A stretch of DNA of 64,000 bases from Nageia nagi (taxonomy: Eukaryota > Plantae > Pinophyta), in assembly GCA_050084985.1 (NCBI GenBank), contig JBITNC010000002.1, positions 17,174,001 to 17,238,000 of the forward strand, given 5' to 3'. Below the pieces are notes generated by a model, which saw nothing but the letters and a program-made list of their open reading frames with translations, was not told where the DNA came from and ran no database searches. Numbering within the stretch: the first letter of the stretch is position 1; each line of letters opens with the position of its first letter. This document shows, one piece after another, positions 61,952 to 64,000 of this stretch. A program made the translations under genes and the position numbers.

Positions 61952-64000
61952 TGTTGGATTTCGAGTGACACTGAGAGGGGGGGTGAATCAGTGTATTAAA
62001 AATTATAATCAATTTGATCTTCTTAAATAAAGATAGATTAAAAACCAGAGAGAATTGAGCAAGCACATCAGTACATCACACAACACCAGATGTAACGAGG
62101 TTCACCAGATTGGCTACATCCCCGAACATGACTGCTTGGACACCAATCCAAATCCAGCCATTAAAGAAAGCTTACAGATTCACAGCACCAACTATGAAGG
62201 GTAGCACCAACTACCACTTTGCAAATGCAGCACCTACTGCTTGGAGCACCAACTCCAGCTCTCAAGCACCCACTTGAGATAATATTCATTCACAGCACCA
62301 ACTGTGAAGGGTAGCACCAATTACCACTTTGCAAAAGCAGTACCTACTGCTTGGAGCACCAACTCCAGCTATCAAGCACCAACTTGATACAACATTCAAA
62401 AGGGATGACAGAATACAGTTCTAGAAGACCCTCAATGGTCTAGCTCTAATGCTCACTATTCGTTCTCTGCACACAGCTCCAAAGTAACACAGTTAAACAA
62501 TCACTATACTCTCTGCATATTCGTTTGCTCACTTCACCTTCTCCCGATACTCCCCTCTTCCACACTATCACCTCCTCTCTCACACTTCTCTACACGCACA
62601 TCTCATCCACACTATTGCCTCCACTCCGGCCCTTCACTATACACACTTCTCTCTTCGCGCACACTGCTCTTAACTCAATTCACGCATCACGCTTTTCTTT
62701 CATACCCAAGAAAAACATTACGCATCATGAAAAACCCCCGAGAATCTGTTCCTTTCATTACATGTTATCAAAAACAAACTAAAAATAATCCTTGTTTGTA
62801 ACTGCTCCTACACCAAAGGGATTTCACTAACTGAGTCTGCATCTGTTGTAACTGACGAACGCTCCTTTGCTCAATTTAGACAAGTGTACCTCTTTCTCTA
62901 CTAATTTCGGAGATTTGACAGTATCTGATTATTTCTGATAATTTCGGACTCTTTGTCTTCTTCATAATGATATTTCTGTTAATTCCGGACTCTTTGTCTT
63001 CTTCATAATGATATTTATGTTAATTCCGGACTCTTTATCTCGCTTGCCGGATGTTTATTGTATACAGCGTGATGTCATCATCTCCGGACTCCGGAAGCAG
63101 AGTAAAAGGCTTCACGCATGATGTCATCATCTCCGGACCTTTATCTCCGAACTTTTTGTCTCCGAACTTTTAAACACTTACACCATGATGTCATCATCTC
63201 CGGACTCCGGTGGTAGAGTAAAAACGCTTCCCGCATGATGTCATCATCTCCGGACCTTTATCTCCGGACTTTTGTCTCTGGACTTTTATCTCTGAACGTT
63301 TATCTCCGGACTTTTCAACACCTCCACCATGATGTCATCATCTCCGGACTCCGGTAGTAGAGTAAAAACGCTTCTCGCATGATGTCATCATCTCCGGACC
63401 TTTATCTCCGGACCTTTATCTCCGGACTCTGGTCTTTACCAAAAGTCGACTATCTTATCCTCTGTGACGTCATCTTTTTAATCCGGAACATTTTACTTTC
63501 GGGACATTTACTTTATGGACTCCGGAATTTCAATCTCTCTTTGCCGATCTTATCTCTGCATTCCGGAATGCTTTATTCGCTGACTCCGGCTCTTTGATCA
63601 TTCTTTGCTGACCTCATCGTCTTCGGAACCCGGTTCTATTCACAAATGTGAACATCGTTCTCCCCGTGACATCATCTCTTGCTTCCGAAATGTTTTACTC
63701 GCTGGCTCTGGCTCTTTAATCGCTCCTTGCTGACCTCATCACTTCCGGACTCCGGTTTTGAGTGATAGCTCGAAATCGCTGACGTCATTTCTTCCGGAAC
63801 GCTTTGTTTACTAACTCCGGCTTTACCAAAATCACTTGTTGACAACATTACAATCATTCATCACCTCCGGAACCCGGTCAAAACCTCTGGAACCCGATCA
63901 ACACCTTGTTGACAACAGTTACAGTCACGCTTCACCTCCGGAACTCGGTCAAACCTCCGGAACCCGATCAACACCTTGTTAACAACAATTACAATCACAC
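61952..64000 (-). repeat. 5' LTR (incomplete; about 80 bp lie beyond the window)
   Basis: Direct repeat of 54491-56526; adjacent to the PBS. Confidence 0.95.
62136..62389 (-). other. Same stem-loop array in the 5' LTR, in the predicted 5' leader of the genomic RNA
   Basis: Copy of 54675-54928 with two substitutions. Confidence 0.85.

Larger units (their letters stand above)
54491..64000 (-). mobile_element. Young Ty1/copia LTR retrotransposon, Sirevirus/Maximus-like, without an env-like ORF; 5' LTR cut by the window end
   Basis: LTRs at 54491-56605 and 61952->64000; PBS-Met; multiple PPTs; TTCACCCCCCCTCT motif near the LTR 3' end; domain order gag-PR-INT-RT-RH. Confidence 0.95.

Overview
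AT-rich, transposon-dense plant genomic DNA. The giant TE-filled introns and repeat families suggest a gymnosperm (inference). One intact host gene is present: a 9-exon equilibrative nucleoside transporter of the AtENT3 type (+ strand, 5614-40082, 1272-nt CDS, 423 aa). Three of its introns are 8.7-12.5 kb and one short intron appears to be GC-AG. The large introns hold decayed and nested elements: an ORF1-only L1 piece with a 17-bp TSD, a hAT transposase interrupted by a copia, solo LTRs, and a second copia containing a TRIM, two LTRs and a DNA-transposon end. Downstream lie two head-to-head L1 relics (one apparently carrying an extra 3' ORF), short TSD-flanked retroposons, a decayed gypsy element, and a young Sirevirus/Maximus-type copia (minus strand, 54491 to the window end). 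That element has ~2.1-kb LTRs about 98% identical by manual count and a single gag-pol frame broken only by two in-frame TAG codons. The most unusual structure is in the R/U5 part of its LTRs: 11 short stem-loops with different stems but a near-constant loop (CACCAA on +, UUGGUG on the element RNA), including one compensatory base-pair change. All coordinates and counts were read by eye.
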